DNA of 64,000 bases from an uncultured Thiobacillus sp. (GTDB lineage Bacteria > Pseudomonadota > Gammaproteobacteria > Burkholderiales > Thiobacillaceae): the NCBI GenBank assembly GCA_964533095.1, contig CAZHKS010000003.1, positions 201,696-265,695 on the forward strand, written 5' to 3'. The translations under genes were made by a program, and so were the position numbers. The first letter of the stretch is position 1, and every line of letters begins with the position of its first letter. The notes under the pieces were generated by a model. That model was given only the letters and a program-made list of their open reading frames with translations, did not search any database and was not told where the DNA came from. Shown in pieces: positions 27,817-36,403 of the stretch.

Positions 27817-29421
27817 ATTCCTGATCTCCGAACCCTTGCGCAGATAAAACCACCAGTTCAGCACCAGGCAGACGGCGTAGAAGATGGCGAATCCGTACAT
27901 CGCGTATTCCGGCGTGCCGGCCTTGATCTGCTCGCCGATCACCACCGGGGCGATGAAGGCACCGTAGGCCGCCACCGCCGAGGTCCAGCCGAGCACCGGG
28001 CCGGCCTGCTGGCGATCGAAGATGTAGCCGACCGAGCGGAAGGTGGAGCCGTTGCCGATACCGGTGGCCGCGAAGAGCACCACGAACACCCAGAGAAACT
28101 GGCTGAAGAACACTTCGGGCGTGGCGGAGTGGTAGGCCTGCAGCATGACCCAGCCGGCGTAGGCGGATGCAGCAACCATCACGGCTGAAATGATCTGGGT
28201 GACGATGGAACCGCCCACCTTGTCTGAAATCCAGCCGCCCACCGGGCGCAGCAGCGAACCGACGAAGGGGCCGATCCAGGCGTAGGTCAGCGCGGAGGGT
28301 GCGTTGGGATTCTTGGCGTGCGTCCAGACGCCGGTGGCGGCATTCAGGGTGTGCGTGTCGCCGAAGATCACCGTGATCGACAGCGGAAGCGCCATCGAGA
28401 ACCCGATGAATGAGCCGAAGGTGACGAGGTAGAGCGCCGTCATCGACCACGTGTGCTTGTTGCGGAAAATGGCGAACTGCTTGCCGATATTCTCCTTCAT
28501 GGCGCCGAAGGCGGCCAGCTTCATGATCAGCAGCGTGCTGACGATGATGAACGGCATGGCCACCCACATGTTGAGCACGCCCAGCCCGGTGGGGGCGGGC
28601 AGGTAGAGATACAGGCCGCCGATGGCGGGGACGAAGGCCAGGGTATAGAGCCAGGTGACCTTGATGAAGGCGAACAGGGTACCGCCGATGTCGGGCGAGA
28701 CCGGCAGCAGGTTGTTCATGCCGAACCATGCGATGACTGCCAGCGGAACCAGCGAGATCACCCAGGCGTAGCCGGCGTTCTGGATGTAGGTGGGCGTGCC
28801 GGCGAGAATCTTGCCGAAGATCCAGCCGCTGTCCTTCACCAGCGTCATCGGCTCCCCGCCGAACGCGCCCAGGAATCCGACCGTCATGACCAGCGGGATG
28901 ACGATCTGCATGGCGGTGACGCCGAAGTTGCCGAGACCGGCATTGATCCCCAGCGCGGTGCCCTGCAGGCGCTTGGGGAAGAAGGTGCTGATGTTGGACA
29001 TCGAGCTGGCGAAGTTGCCGCCGCCGACGCCCGACCACAGCGCCATCAGCTGGAACACCCACAGCGGCCAGCCGGGGTGCTGCAGGACGATGCCGGTACC
29101 GATCGCCGGCGCCAGCAGCATCGCGGTGGTGAGGAAGATGACGTTGCGCCCGCCCGCCAGCCGGATGAAGAAGGACGATGGAATCCGCATGGTCGCCCCG
29201 GCGAGGCCGGAAATTGCTGTCAGCGTGAACAGTTCCTCCTTGCTGAAGGGGAAGCCCAGGTTGGACATCTGCACCGCGATGATTCCCCACATCAGCCACA
29301 CGGCGAAGCCGCACAGCAGGCTGGGAACCGAGATCCACAGGTTGCGGTAGGCGATCTTCCTTCCGGTCGTTTCCCAGAAGGCCGTGTCTTCCGGATTCCA
29401 TTCCTTGACGTTGGTGGGCAT
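27811..29421 (-). CDS. narK: MFS nitrate/nitrite transporter, NarK2-like
   Basis: 536-aa 12+ TM ORF directly upstream of narG; Gly-rich MFS/NNP signatures (GGGNFASSM, GLGNFG). Confidence 0.9.
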   Translation of the reverse strand: MPTNVKEWNPEDTAFWETTGRKIAYRNLWISVPSLLCGFAVWLMWGIIAVQMSNLGFPFSKEELFTLTAISGLAGATMRIPSSFFIRLAGGRNVIFLTTAMLLAPAIGTGIVLQHPGWPLWVFQLMALWSGVGGGNFASSMSNISTFFPKRLQGTALGINAGLGNFGVTAMQIVIPLVMTVGFLGAFGGEPMTLVKDSGWIFGKILAGTPTYIQNAGYAWVISLVPLAVIAWFGMNNLLPVSPDIGGTLFAFIKVTWLYTLAFVPAIGGLYLYLPAPTGLGVLNMWVAMPFIIVSTLLIMKLAAFGAMKENIGKQFAIFRNKHTWSMTALYLVTFGSFIGFSMALPLSITVIFGDTHTLNAATGVWTHAKNPNAPSALTYAWIGPFVGSLLRPVGGWISDKVGGSIVTQIISAVMVAASAYAGWVMLQAYHSATPEVFFSQFLWVFVVLFAATGIGNGSTFRSVGYIFDRQQAGPVLGWTSAVAAYGAFIAPVVIGEQIKAGTPEYAMYGFAIFYAVCLVLNWWFYLRKGSEIRNP

Positions 29422-29448
29422 TGCTTGCTCCTGGTTCGTGACGAGGTG

Positions 29449-30705
29449 TTATTCGAGCGGGTCGGCCGCGGCGGTCCGGATCATCGGCAGCTTGCGGACT
29501 TCGGTCAGGTACATCCAGATGAGAGACACCCAGGTGATGCCATACATCAGCATGAAGATGCCGCTGTTGATGCCGGTGAGATCGACGATGACGCCGAACA
29601 GGATGGGCAGGATGAAGCCGCCCAGTCCGCCCATCAGGCCGACGATGCCGGAGATGACGCCGATGTTGTCTGGGTATTCGTCGGAGATGTACTTGAAGAC
29701 CGAGGCCTTGCCGAACGCCCAGCACAGGCCGAGGATGAACAGCAGCGCCGTGAACACCCAGACGTTGAGGCCGATGTGCAGCGAGAATTCACCCCGGGTG
29801 GTCTGGATCACCATGTCGGTCTGCGGATAGGACAGCAGGAACAGGCAGATCCAGGACACCCACATCACCCACCAGGTCAGCCGGTGCGCGCCGACCTTGT
29901 CCGATATCCAGCCGCCCATCGCGCGCATCACCCCACCCGGCAGCGAAAAGCAGGCCGCCATCAGCGCGGCGGTCTTGATGGAGAAGCCATACTCGGTGAT
30001 GAAGTATTTGGTCAGCCAGAGCGACAGGGCCACGTAGCCGCCGAACACGATCGAGTAATACTGGGAGAGCTTCCATACGTTGGGATCCTTCAGTGCGGCG
30101 AGCTGCTGCCTGAAGGTGATGTGGCTGGGCACATGATGCGACGAGTCGGTATAGGTGGAGATCCAGAAGAGCATTGCCATGATCAGCATGGCCACCGCAT
30201 ACACATGCGGCACGGATTGCCAGCCGTAGGCGACGACCAGCGAGGGGGCGACGAACTTGGTCAGCGCAGCGCCCGAGTTGCCGGCGCCGAAGATGCCCAT
30301 GGCAAACCCCTGGCGTTTCTTCGGAAACCAGCGGGCGACATAGGCGATCCCCACCGAGAAGGATCCGCCGGCCACGCCCACGAACAGTGCCAGCAGCAGG
30401 AAGTGCCAGTATTCCGTGGCGTAGCCGATCAGCCAGATCGGCGCGACGGTCGCCATCATCAACGCGAAGAACACGATCCTGCCGCCCAGCTTGTCGGTCC
30501 ACATGCCGAGCGGCAGCCGGACGAGCGAGCCGGTCAGCACCGGTGTCGCCACCAGGATGCCGAACTCGGTCTCGTTCAGGCCCAGCATCTTCTTGATGGG
30601 GATGCCGATGATGGCGAACATCATCCACACGGCGAAACAGGCGGTAAAGGCCAGCGTGCTCAGGGTGAGCACTGAAATCTGCTTCTGGGTCTGGGTCGCC
30701 ATCAC
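29449..30705 (-). CDS. narK: MFS nitrate/nitrite transporter, NarK1-like
   Basis: 418-aa 12-TM ORF, first gene of the narKKGHJI string, with an MFS signature. Confidence 0.9.
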   Translation of the reverse strand: MMATQTQKQISVLTLSTLAFTACFAVWMMFAIIGIPIKKMLGLNETEFGILVATPVLTGSLVRLPLGMWTDKLGGRIVFFALMMATVAPIWLIGYATEYWHFLLLALFVGVAGGSFSVGIAYVARWFPKKRQGFAMGIFGAGNSGAALTKFVAPSLVVAYGWQSVPHVYAVAMLIMAMLFWISTYTDSSHHVPSHITFRQQLAALKDPNVWKLSQYYSIVFGGYVALSLWLTKYFITEYGFSIKTAALMAACFSLPGGVMRAMGGWISDKVGAHRLTWWVMWVSWICLFLLSYPQTDMVIQTTRGEFSLHIGLNVWVFTALLFILGLCWAFGKASVFKYISDEYPDNIGVISGIVGLMGGLGGFILPILFGVIVDLTGINSGIFMLMYGITWVSLIWMYLTEVRKLPMIRTAAADPLE

Positions 30706-30811
30706 GCATCCTTTACCGAGATTTCAAGACTGGTTTATCTCAAATGTTGATCGCAGTGTATGCCTGTGAACGTAGATGAAAAGCCCGCGATTTGTGGCCG
30801 AAGAGGGGGGG

Positions 30812-30831
30812 TCTACCTCCAAGGAGGTAGA
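30812..30831. promoter_or_regulatory. candidate NarL 7-2-7 operator (perfect 9-2-9 palindrome TCTACCTCC-AA-GGAGGTAGA)
   Basis: Read directly. The core TACCTCC-NN-GGAGGTA resembles the E. coli NarL heptamer TACYYMT in 7-2-7 arrangement. Centred about 116 nt upstream of the narK1 ATG, with narXL encoded in the same window. Confidence 0.4.
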
Positions 30832-31086
30832 GTGGGTAGTACGGTAAGTCGATGCTTTTCAAGGAATATCCAGGCGATCCACCGCGGCGGTACGGCGTGC
30901 CTGACATATTGGGAGTAGCCCTTCGGCCGGGGGGGCGAAGCAGCCGTGGAGCGTGCTATATTTTGAACCGAAATGAGGTGGCCGATCCACATCCGGATCG
31001 GGGTCGGCCAGCCCGGGCATCTGCATGCGCCGTCTGGGCCCCCTTTCAGGCGTCAACAACTTTCATCAACCAAACAGGAATCCCAA

Positions 31087-31512
31087 ATGAACAAGACATC
31101 ACTCATACTGGCCGTCTCACTTGCAGCCTTGCTGAGCGCCTGCGGAAAACAGGAGGGCACCTCTCAGGAGGCCGCCCCCTCGCCAGCGCCCGAGGCGGCA
31201 GTTCCGGCTGCGGCGCCGGCAGCCATGGAGAAGCATGAGGACGAGGCCGCGAACGACGTGGGCAAGAAAGTATTCGGTGCAACCTGCTCGCTGTGCCATG
31301 CGTCCGGGGCGGCGGGTGCCCCCATATTTGGCAACAAGGCCGACTGGGAGCCGCGCATCGCCCAGGGCATGGATGTCCTGTACAAGCATGCACTCGAAGG
31401 CTTTACCGGCGCAAAAGGGGCGATGCCTGCGCGTGGTGGCAACGCCAAGCTCACGGATGACGAAGTGAAGGCGGCGGTGAACTACATGGTCGACAAAGCC
31501 AAAAATGGCTGA
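31087..31512 (+). CDS. lipoprotein c-type cytochrome (cytochrome c5 family)
   Basis: Internal ATG at 31087 of ORF 30973..31512. Lipobox LLSAC, one heme motif CSLCH, and a GAMPARGG methionine-ligand region. Confidence 0.85.
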   Translation: MNKTSLILAVSLAALLSACGKQEGTSQEAAPSPAPEAAVPAAAPAAMEKHEDEAANDVGKKVFGATCSLCHASGAAGAPIFGNKADWEPRIAQGMDVLYKHALEGFTGAKGAMPARGGNAKLTDDEVKAAVNYMVDKAKNG

Positions 31513-31564
31513 TCAAGCCAAATAAGTTCCGGGGTCCGGGCCGTCGGACGTGCACGGAGACGAA

Positions 31565-31602
31565 ACGGGGGAGAACCGGATCCGGTTCTCCCCCGTTTTT
31601 TT
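31565..31602 (+). terminator. rho-independent terminator between convergent genes
   Basis: Perfect 32-nt palindrome ACGGGGGAGAACCGGA|TCCGGTTCTCCCCCGT followed by a T-run (TTTTTTT). Confidence 0.85.
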
Positions 31603-31630
31603 GTGTGGGTGCGAGCGGTTTTAACTGGGG

Positions 31631-32230
31631 TCAGTGCCGGTGGTGACTATTCCGGCTCAGGGATGCGAGCAAGGGAGGCGTCATGTCTGAGGCAGTCAGT
31701 ACGCTGCCGCGATGCTGGCCGACAAAGGTATCCGCTGCCTGGCGGCTGGCGAACGCGGGCAAGTCGGCGTTGCGCATCGGGCCGGTGACGTCGGAGCCGT
31801 GGACGAAGAAGGCCTGCCCGGCTTCGATCCATTGCCCGCTCTCGAGGTCGCGCACATAGCTGACGGCCACATCGTCGAGGGTGTAGCGCCTGTCATAGCG
31901 ACTGACCTTGTGGAGGAAGTCGAACAGGTTGACCGGCGAGTCGAAGTAATGGGCGGCACCATCCCTGAAAATGGTTTGCGCCGCCCAGCGCGGATAACGG
32001 GCGGGGTACATGCCGCATACCGGGCAGCGCGCATCGGCGGGCACCGGCCGCGCTGCATACATGGGCCGGCCCGACGCAGGGTCATAGGGGGTTGCGGGGG
32101 CGACGATGCAAAGCTCGTTGCTGAACCGGCCGATGTCGCGTGCCGGCTGCGCGTCGGCGAACAGCAGCAGGGAAGTGGTGAGGGCGATCGTGAGGCCTCC
32201 CGACAACAGCAGTCTGGGCGGCCACTGCAT
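31631..32230 (-). CDS. NosL-family protein, second paralogue (CPVCGM motif, His-rich C-terminus)
   Basis: 199-aa ORF. ARCPVCGMYPARYPRWAAQTIFRDGAAHYFDSPVNLFDF resembles the NosL (PF05573) metal-binding region. Its start overlaps the stop of the upstream ORF. Confidence 0.7.
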   Translation of the reverse strand: MQWPPRLLLSGGLTIALTTSLLLFADAQPARDIGRFSNELCIVAPATPYDPASGRPMYAARPVPADARCPVCGMYPARYPRWAAQTIFRDGAAHYFDSPVNLFDFLHKVSRYDRRYTLDDVAVSYVRDLESGQWIEAGQAFFVHGSDVTGPMRNADLPAFASRQAADTFVGQHRGSVLTASDMTPPLLASLSRNSHHRH

Positions 32231-32595
32231 CAGTCGAGGTCCTTGACGCCGAGCAGCGGGTCGTCGAGCAGGGCGCGGATCAATCGGTGCAGGTTGTCCT
32301 CCGGCGCGGCATCGGGACGCGTGACCGGGTCGGCCACGATACGCCTGGCCGCATCGTGGAAGTGGTTGGGGAAGGTCGCCAGCTCACGGTGCAGAGGCGC
32401 CGTGTCGATGCCGGATTCGACGTCGCCGTAGACCCAGCGCAACGAATAGGCATCGGCCGCGGCATAGCGCACGTCCAGCGTCACACCATTCCTCAGTCGA
32501 ACGACGAGGGCGTCCTGCCGGTGTTCGACAGGCCCATCCAGATCGTCCAGGAAAGCGTCTTCGATCGCCGTACCGAGTTCGAGATGCAGGCTCAT
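32230..32595 (-). CDS. hypothetical protein (possible DUF6516/TumE-like)
   Basis: 121-aa ORF with 4-nt (ATGA) overlap with the upstream ORF and 1-nt overlap with the downstream NosL paralogue. The segment YSLRWVY...IDTAPLHRELATFPNHFHD is reminiscent of DUF6516 (from memory, weak). Confidence 0.6.
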   Translation of the reverse strand: MSLHLELGTAIEDAFLDDLDGPVEHRQDALVVRLRNGVTLDVRYAAADAYSLRWVYGDVESGIDTAPLHRELATFPNHFHDAARRIVADPVTRPDAAPEDNLHRLIRALLDDPLLGVKDLD

Positions 32596-32864
32596 GTCCT
32601 GTTGGCCTCCTTCAGACGCTCGGCGAGCGTGGCCCGGACTGTCTCGCGGGTATCGGCGAGAATCCGGGCGGCCAGATAGTGCTCGTAGGCCGGGTGCTCG
32701 GCCACCTCGCCGGACTGGATCTTCTGCAGCAGGGCCGCTTCGTCCGCGACTTCATGGAACTGGAGGACAGCCTGGCGGTTCTCGCGCAGCTCGTAGCCCA
32801 GCCTGGCGAGTTGTTCGATTTCCGTTGCCGTCTCGAACGGGACGCTTTCAAAGAATTCAGGCAT
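32592..32864 (-). CDS. hypothetical acidic helical protein
   Basis: 90-aa ORF starting 8 nt after the nosL stop and overlapping the next ORF by 4 nt. No family recognised. Confidence 0.55.
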   Translation of the reverse strand: MPEFFESVPFETATEIEQLARLGYELRENRQAVLQFHEVADEAALLQKIQSGEVAEHPAYEHYLAARILADTRETVRATLAERLKEANRT

Positions 32865-32872
32865 GGCGGTCC

Positions 32873-33394
32873 TTACATGTGGCTGTCGTGAAGCACGCCG
32901 CCATCCAGCACTACCATGTCGGGCTTGATGTCGGCAAAGCGGTAGACCTTGCCGCCGTATTCGGCGGCAAATTTCGCTGCATCCTGTTCCAGCGCAAAAC
33001 TGGCGATGGTCGGTCCCATCGATCCCTCACGCTTGCTGCCGTATACGTAGTAGGCGGATTTGGCGTCGATCCAGTGGCCGTGCGGCTCGTCCCAGTCAGC
33101 CTTGCCCATGTCCTGCACGAAGATGCCGCGCACTTCCCTGACCTGTTCCGGCGTGAGATAGATGTGGAACATCTCCACCGTGTCGCAGAAAAAGTCCGGC
33201 TCGGCCTGCCCGGTGTAGAAGATCTGCGCCTTGGGGCCGGGATAATCGGCAAGCAGCATGCCATCGAGGGAGCAGGAGGTGTTGCGGCTGATTTCCAGCG
33301 GCGCCACGGCGGTCGGGCCGGCGGACTGGCCGCAGGCTGCGAGCAGGGTGCTTGCCAGCGCGGCAAGGATGAGCGTACGTCTAATCGGGGTCAT
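32873..33394 (-). CDS. nosL: nitrous-oxide reductase accessory lipoprotein NosL
   Basis: 173-aa ORF with lipobox LLAAC, a CSLDGM motif and ATGA overlap with nosY. Confidence 0.88.
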   Translation of the reverse strand: MTPIRRTLILAALASTLLAACGQSAGPTAVAPLEISRNTSCSLDGMLLADYPGPKAQIFYTGQAEPDFFCDTVEMFHIYLTPEQVREVRGIFVQDMGKADWDEPHGHWIDAKSAYYVYGSKREGSMGPTIASFALEQDAAKFAAEYGGKVYRFADIKPDMVVLDGGVLHDSHM

Positions 33395-34206
33395 TTACGG
33401 AATCTCCAGCTTGCAATACCCAGGGGCACCACGATCCAGGCGAGCATCACCAGGCCGAGCAGCCAGGGATCGGCCAGTGTGCTGGGAAAAACGGTCGCCA
33501 GTCCATACAGGGTACGGACGTCGTCCAGGGAAAAGATATTGAGGATGCGGAACACGTCTGCAGGGTTCGCCAGCAGCAGGTAGGGAAGGATTTCGCCGCC
33601 CCACTGACCGCCGGTGACGACCAGCGTGCCGAGCAGCAGCAGGTCGAAGACCAGCACGAAGAAGAACCACGTGGCGATCGCGAGGCCCGAGGCCCGGGTG
33701 CGGTCGGCGGCGAACACCGACAGCATCACCGCCAGGCTCAGGAAGGCGCAGCCCAGCAGCACCGAGCTGAGCATGAAGCCGAAGTAGTGGAACAGGGCGT
33801 TGAGGTCGAGCCGGGTCGACAGCACGATCGCCACCAGGCCGAAACCGGCAACGGTCGAGAACGTCAGCGCGGCGGCGAGTCCGAAGTATTTCCCCAGCAG
33901 CAGTTCCAGGCGCGTGATCGGCATCGAGAGCAGCAGGTCGAGCGATCCCCGCTCGCGCTCGCCTACGATGGCGTCGAAGCCCAGGACAAGCGCGATCAGC
34001 GGGATCAGGTAGATGACCAGGCTGACCAGGCTGGCAATGGTGAGGTCGATCGAGCGGAAGCCGACGGCGCCCTGCTGCGCGGCGCCGAAGTAGGCGATGA
34101 CCAGTGCGAAGGCGGTGAATACCAGCGCCACGGCCAGGACCCAGCGGTTGCGGATGCGGTCCCAGAATTCCTTGCCCGCGATGGTGGCGATCTGTCCGAT
34201 TTCCAT
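33391..34206 (-). CDS. nosY: NosY ABC-2 type permease
   Basis: 271-aa 6-TM ORF between nosF and nosL. Confidence 0.9.
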   Translation of the reverse strand: MEIGQIATIAGKEFWDRIRNRWVLAVALVFTAFALVIAYFGAAQQGAVGFRSIDLTIASLVSLVIYLIPLIALVLGFDAIVGERERGSLDLLLSMPITRLELLLGKYFGLAAALTFSTVAGFGLVAIVLSTRLDLNALFHYFGFMLSSVLLGCAFLSLAVMLSVFAADRTRASGLAIATWFFFVLVFDLLLLGTLVVTGGQWGGEILPYLLLANPADVFRILNIFSLDDVRTLYGLATVFPSTLADPWLLGLVMLAWIVVPLGIASWRFRK

Positions 34207-34215
34207 GTTGCCCCC

Positions 34216-35157
34216 TCAATCCGAAAAGCCGAAGAACACGTCTTCGAGCGAGGGTTCGCGCACCGTGAGGTCGTGGACCCGGCCATCCAGCCGGGCGAGC
34301 GCCTCGATCACCGCCATCTTCGCTTCGCGCCGGCAGCGCACCTTGACGTGGTCGTCGTGGGCCTCGATCGCGTCTATCTGCAGGTGGGAGAGTGCCGCAC
34401 GCACCGTCTCGAAATCCTCCTTCGCGACGCGCACGCTGAACCACAGCGGCAGGTCCACCTGCTCGCGCAAATCCTGGACCGTCCCGCGGGCCTGCACCTT
34501 GCCGGCGGTCATGATCGCAATGCGATCCACCCGTTCCTGGATCTCGGCGAGTATGTGGGAGGTGATGACCGTCGTCACGCCCTCGCTTCTGAGCTGCCGC
34601 AGCGTCGCGTAGAAGCCGCGGATCGCTTCCGGGTCCAGGCCCGTGGTGGGCTCGTCGAGAAACAGGATGCGCGGCTTGCCGAGCAGCGCCTGGGCAAAGC
34701 CCAGACGCTGGCGCATGCCCTTGGAATATTCGCGTACGCGCCGTCTGGCCGCGTGCGCAAGGCCCACGCGCTCGAGCGTCGGCCCGGCCTCCGCCAGAGG
34801 GACGCCCTTCAGCTTGGCGAAGAACCACAGCGTCTCGAGGCCGGTGAGGTTGTCATACAGCACCACGTTCTCCGGCAGGTAGCCGACCGTGCGTCGCACG
34901 GCACGGAAGTCGCGGCCGGTGACCAGCGCGCCGCCGATGCGGATCTCGCCCGCAGTGGTGGGGATCAGGCCGAGCATCATCTTGAACAGCGTGCTCTTGC
35001 CGGCGCCGTTGTGCCCGATGAGGCCGAACAGCTCGCCGGAACGGATGTCGAGGTCGACGCCATCGACGGCATGGATGCTTCCATAGTGCTTGCGCACCCC
35101 CTGCACGACGATCAGGGGCGCGCCGGCGTCATTGGGGATGGGGGAAGTATTTGCCAC
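34216..35157 (-). CDS. nosF: NosF ABC transporter ATP-binding protein (GTG start)
   Basis: Walker A GHNGAGKST, signature LSGGMRQR-like (YSKGMRQRLGFA) and Walker B ILFLDEPT. Confidence 0.92.
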   Translation of the reverse strand: MANTSPIPNDAGAPLIVVQGVRKHYGSIHAVDGVDLDIRSGELFGLIGHNGAGKSTLFKMMLGLIPTTAGEIRIGGALVTGRDFRAVRRTVGYLPENVVLYDNLTGLETLWFFAKLKGVPLAEAGPTLERVGLAHAARRRVREYSKGMRQRLGFAQALLGKPRILFLDEPTTGLDPEAIRGFYATLRQLRSEGVTTVITSHILAEIQERVDRIAIMTAGKVQARGTVQDLREQVDLPLWFSVRVAKEDFETVRAALSHLQIDAIEAHDDHVKVRCRREAKMAVIEALARLDGRVHDLTVREPSLEDVFFGFSD

Positions 35158-36403
35158 GCCATTGTCTCCAGTCGGGGTTGTGCGGCTGCATCCGCGGTTT
35201 GGGGTCGACGATGCTGGTGGCGCGCAGCAGCGGGAACTGCTGGCTGACCATGCGCAGCGTCTGCACGGCCGGGCTGGCCAGCAGCAGCTTCATCATCGGG
35301 TGGCGCCAGGACAGGTAGTCGACCATGTCGTTCGCTTCGTAGGGCACATCGCCGATGCCATCGCCGTTGCGGTCCCATCCTACATAGTTGCTCCAGTAGT
35401 TGCCGGGCCAGATCTCGTCCCGGCTGGCCACGTACTTGATCTGGGTGCGGTTGAGGATGAAATCGTTGCCTACCGCCTTGTTGTGATAGGAGCCCGCCCA
35501 CAGATGCACGCCGACCGTGTTGTCCATCACCAGATTGTTGCGGATAGTGTTGTATTCGGCATCGTAAATGAAAAAACCGCGGTTGTTGCCGGCGACGATA
35601 TTGCCCTCGATCACCGAATCCTGCAGGGTGCGCAGCATGATGCCGTGGTCGGAATTTCCCCAGGCGCGATTGTTCCGTACCACCTGGTTGCGCGCCATCA
35701 TCAGCGCGAGGCCGCCGCGGTTGTGGTACGAGTCGTTGCCTTCCCACACGTTGTCGTTGGAGTTCATGTAGTGGGTGCCGTAGCGCGCATTATGGATGCG
35801 GTTGTTGCGGAACAGCGCGTGATTCGACACATCCACGTAGATGCCGTCGCGGACGAAGCTGATGTTGTTGCCGACGATCTGCGCGCCTTCGGTGTGGTAG
35901 AGCTCGATGCCGTTGCCGCGCCGCGCGGACGTGTAATCGCGCTTGCCGGTGATCACGTTGTTGAGGATCTGCACGTTGCTGACCGACTCGATCCAGAGGC
36001 CGAAAAGATTGTAGGTCAGGTCGCAGTTGCGCACGATTGCGCGGTTCGCGCCCGGCCGGATGTAGACGCCTGCATTCTGGTCGACCAGGCTGTCGCCGGA
36101 ATCGCGCACGATCAGGCCGTCGATGGTGACATCCTCGGCGGTGATGCGGATGGTGTCGCCCTTCATGCCGCCGCTCAGCGTGGGCCGGTCGATTCCCTTC
36201 AGCGTCAGGGGCTTGTCGATCAGGAGGTTTTCCCGGTACATGCCGCGTTCCACGCGTATCTCGTCGCCCGGGCGGGCCTTGGCGACGGCGGCGCCGATGG
36301 ACTGGCCCGCGTGTACCGTCAGCACCTCTGCCAACACGTGGCCCGTCGCCAGCAGGCAGGCCAGGGCGAACCACACGGCCGGCTTGACGGCTAAAACAGC
36401 CAT
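35129..36403 (-). CDS. nosD: NosD periplasmic beta-helix copper-maturation protein
   Basis: 424-aa ORF with a signal peptide and repeated parallel beta-helix units (N.I..N..GI.L...). Sits in the nosR-D-F-Y-L position. Confidence 0.92.
   Translation of the reverse strand: MAVLAVKPAVWFALACLLATGHVLAEVLTVHAGQSIGAAVAKARPGDEIRVERGMYRENLLIDKPLTLKGIDRPTLSGGMKGDTIRITAEDVTIDGLIVRDSGDSLVDQNAGVYIRPGANRAIVRNCDLTYNLFGLWIESVSNVQILNNVITGKRDYTSARRGNGIELYHTEGAQIVGNNISFVRDGIYVDVSNHALFRNNRIHNARYGTHYMNSNDNVWEGNDSYHNRGGLALMMARNQVVRNNRAWGNSDHGIMLRTLQDSVIEGNIVAGNNRGFFIYDAEYNTIRNNLVMDNTVGVHLWAGSYHNKAVGNDFILNRTQIKYVASRDEIWPGNYWSNYVGWDRNGDGIGDVPYEANDMVDYLSWRHPMMKLLLASPAVQTLRMVSQQFPLLRATSIVDPKPRMQPHNPDWRQWRGKYFPHPQ

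Noticed and set aside
32230-32864. Calling the two small nos-embedded genes a bona fide TumE/TumA toxin-antitoxin system.
   Set aside because: Only a short motif resemblance from memory supports DUF6516. The partner shows no HTH, and translational coupling to nos genes argues for an operon-specific role. Kept as a hypothesis in findings, not as an annotation.
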